Part shown: positions 47,401 through 49,876 of the stretch, piece by piece
Layout: every line of letters begins with the position of its first letter
How positions within the stretch are numbered: position 1 is the first letter of the stretch
Origin: Raja brachyura
Taxonomy: Eukaryota
Direction of reading: 5' to 3'
Assembly: GCA_963514005.1 (NCBI GenBank)
Contig: CAUPSL010001410.1
Coordinates: 1-49,876 of the forward strand
DNA length: 49,876 bases
Made by a program: the position numbers and the translations under genes
The notes under the pieces: generated by a model
What the model saw: only the letters and a program-made list of their open reading frames with translations
What the model was told of the DNA's origin: nothing
Databases searched by the model: none

Positions 47401-49291
47401 CACGTTGAGAGTCTGCGGCTGGCGAGGTACTTCAGAGATTGGTTCTTGTCTCAGCTATTCATAGTCTGCATCAGCGAGTTGATTGAAGGAGGGGAATTGT
47501 CAGGTCTGATGATGGAGGTCTGAAGTGCCTTGGGACTGTGAGAGGGCAGGGGGACATGGAGATTCGGGAAAGGTGGACAAGTTGAGCGAGTGGGTGGGAG
47601 CATATTATGGAATAAAATGTGGCAAATTATCCACACGGCTGAATAAACATAAATCCAGTGTTTATTAAATTGTGAGGGATCGGGTGCTATGGATGTTCAA
47701 AAGGGCCTGAGTGTGCTTGTTCTCATGTCAATAAAGTATGATGTACTGATGTGGAAGAGTCGAGAAAGGCAATAGTTGGTCAGGTTATATCAAGAGAGGA
47801 TTTATATTCAAGGCTTGAGATCTTTTACTGCAGTTATATAAGGATCTAGCGGGACCTCACCTGCAGTTCTGTGGCGGACTTTCCTATTCTTAACTATAAT
47901 AAAGTCACGATTAGTGTGGAGCGAGTGTAGTGAAGATTCAGTCACTGTTTCCCGGAAGGGCAGGTTGATTGAAGATCAGCGGAGATTGAGTAGACCAGAG
48001 GCCGTGGAGAATGCAGGTATAGGAACATTGAGCAGAAAAAAAGCTACTGGGGGAACTCGGTAGGCCAGGTAACATGTCTGGTAGGAAATTGGCGAATGAC
48101 AATTCATATCGAGACCTTACCTCAAAACTGGATAAAACGACATATTTGGATTTCCTTCTACAGTTGCCTGACTTCCTGAGCGCTGTCAGCAGGCTGTTAT
48201 TTGCTCGAGCAGATTAGGCCTGTATTGAGTGTAGAGAATGAGAGGTGATCTTAGTGAAGCAAACACCATTTGTACATTGTCGATCGCTCCCCTTTCCCAT
48301 TGACCACTCTGACCTCTCTCACTCTCTCCTCAGTCACGCAGAGTTACATGGTTCTGATCCTGTGGATCCCTCTAGGATTGAAAACCATTTTCCTTTCAGT
48401 GATGTGTCTTATCTTCTACCGTGACAAACTCAGATATGTAATATTGCTTTTCTATGCATGTAATATAAACTGGGGTGTGATTGAAAAATGTGAGGCTTCC
48501 TAGGCCGCGCCAACCATCGATCATCCATACACTAGTTCCATCCCAGCACTATAGGGGGCGTTTGCAGAGGACAATTATCCTACAAACCCGCATGTATTTG
48601 GGATATGAGAGGGACAAAAAACATGCGGTCACGGGTAGCACGTGGAAACTCCGCACAGACAGCACCCGTGATCAGGATCGAACCCGGGACTCTGCGCTGC
48701 AAGGCAGCATCTCAACAACTGCGCCACCGTGGTACCCCTGTCTCGTTGGCAATACATGGTTCAGGTGCATCATGTACCTACAGATGGAAGAACAGCTTCT
48801 TACCCGCTCAGGCGATTTGTGAAACCTCTCAAAAGATAAGAATGTATTCCAGATCCCCCAGTCTACCATGATGGGGCCTTTCTCTGTAAGACTATATTCT
48901 GCCCGGCTTGGCTCTATGGAATAATTTATCTGGATGACACGCGAAACAATGCTTTTTCCTTGTACCTGTGTCAAGGTGACGATAATAAACCAATATCTTG
49001 CTCCAGGTCAGACAATCCTCCTCACTGTCAACACAACGACCAACATACGTGTCCCCTGTTAAGTAAATCACCTGTTTCGCATATTGAAGTCCACCTCAAA
49101 TTTAGTTGTCAAACGCTGACATTGACAATAACGTCTCTGCTCTGGAGAATTCCGTTGAAATATCCGTCCGTCTCTCTTCACAGATTCAAATGGCGGCTGT
49201 GAATGGTGATGCCAGAAATGGCCATGTGGTACAAATTACCGAGGCTTGTTTTAATTGGTCTTGTTGTGTCCTCAGCAAGCGTGGAAACTGA
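44355..49291 (+). CDS. Gene B: paralogous Siglec-15-like V-V receptor; exons 44355-44415, 45500-45883, 46624-47031, 48334-48433, 49276-49291; TM-exon donor mutated
   Basis: Exon-by-exon homology with gene A, same phases, open frames. Non-canonical AG|ATATGT after the TM exon. AATAAA at 49455-49460. Confidence 0.75.
45500..45883 (+). CDS. Gene B exon 2, Siglec-15-like V-set domain (V1) retaining the F-strand Arg (YRCRLE)
   Basis: About 64% aa identity to gene A V1 (hand count, 83/129); (CT)n with tgtag acceptor; donor G|GTGAGA. Confidence 0.92.
46624..47031 (+). CDS. Gene B exon 3, second V-set domain (V2) with a 9-aa longer F-G loop
   Basis: ccctcag acceptor, KLPC / VTW / DSDGYLC motifs, donor G|GTAAGA; 408 nt versus 381 nt in gene A. 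Confidence 0.92.
48334..48433 (+). CDS. Gene B TM exon with central Lys (VTQSYMVLILWIPLGLKTIFLSVMCLIFYRDKLR)
   Basis: Acceptor region nearly identical to 10721-10744; Lys codon 48381-48383; donor +1 is A (48434), not G. Confidence 0.82.
48500..48737 (-). mobile_element. HE1-type SINE
   Basis: caggatcgaacccggg B-box on the minus strand. Confidence 0.7.
49276..49291 (+). CDS. Gene B terminal coding exon (SKRGN* in phase 2; ASVETDPSEEAEQTSVPTAVQPASQ* to 49352 in phase 1)
   Basis: cctcag acceptor homologous to 13255; downstream AATAAA at 49455. Confidence 0.5.
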
Positions 49292-49454
49292 TCCATCCGA
49301 GGAAGCTGAGCAGACCAGTGTTCCGACCGCAGTACAACCTGCCTCGCAATGAAGTCCGCCGATACCACCTGCTTTTGCGGTCTGGCTGATTTTGTCGACA
49401 TTTGGGTGTCAATCATATTAATTCTACGACTCGCTTTTAATCTGTGTGTAATAT

Positions 49455-49460
49455 AATAAA
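49455..49460 (+). terminator. Candidate polyadenylation signal of gene B
   Basis: AATAAA about 165 nt after the stop, followed by T/GT-rich sequence. Confidence 0.45.
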
Positions 49461-49614
49461 ATGCAGCACTTTTAGTTCAAAGGAAAGGTTTTGTACACTG
49501 CAAGGGTTTAATATCCGGAATATGCTCGGAAACAAAGTGGTGAAAGTGAGATGTACGATACACGTTTAGACGCATGAACAGGCTCTTAATTAGGAAATAG
49601 TTGGAAGGATCGAC

Positions 49615-49855
49615 AAAGTGCAGCAAATTCTCAGCTCGTTAGAATGGGACCGGGCACGAAGTGTTCTCCGTGTGGAGTTTTTACCTCCCCCCCCCCCCCC
49701 CCCCCCCCCCCTCGTGGGGTTTCTCCGGGTTCTCCGATTTCCACCCCTACCCTCAGATTTCTGTAAATTGTACGTCGTGTGTAGGATAGAACTAATATGT
49801 GGATGATACCTGGTCAGCAGAGACTCGCTGGGCCGAAGGGCCAGTTTCCACGGGA
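49615..49855 (+). mobile_element. HE1-type SINE, counterpart of 13750-14020
   Basis: Same 3' junction ...actactgtaatcggtc. Confidence 0.65.
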
Positions 49856-49876
49856 ATAAAACTACTGTAATCGGTC

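Noticed and set aside
48434-48441. AT-starting intron as a U12 (AT-AC) intron
   Set aside because: U12 donors need ATATCCT; this is ATATGTA, and the paralogue has a normal GTATGT.

Overview
Vertebrate genomic DNA, about 70% transposon-derived. The CR1/HER1-type LINEs, HE1-type tRNA-SINEs and Penelope-like termini point to a cartilaginous fish, probably a skate or ray (inference). The window holds part of an immunoglobulin-superfamily receptor cluster that the ORF track fragments because the genes are spliced. Two paralogous + strand genes can be assembled from phase-compatible exons: gene A at 2629-13271 and gene B at 44355-49291. Each has a leader, a Siglec-15-like V domain, a second V domain, a Lys-containing TM segment and a very short tail, i.e. 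a V-V, DAP12-type activating architecture instead of the V-C2 of canonical Siglec-15. Gene A has Gln in place of the sialic-acid-binding Arg. Gene B keeps the Arg but its TM-exon splice donor is mutated (GT>AT), so it may encode a secreted form. The second V domains differ almost only in CDR1- and CDR3-equivalent loops. A third gene starts head-to-head with gene A (minus-strand leader exon 943-871), and five decayed copies of its promoter and leader lie in duplicated blocks between A and B. Also present: two dead near-full-length CR1 elements, a 1.08 kb TIR element with a 9-bp TSD, two chained templated insertions, a 66-bp minisatellite, Rex1-like LINE fragments and a 136-N gap.
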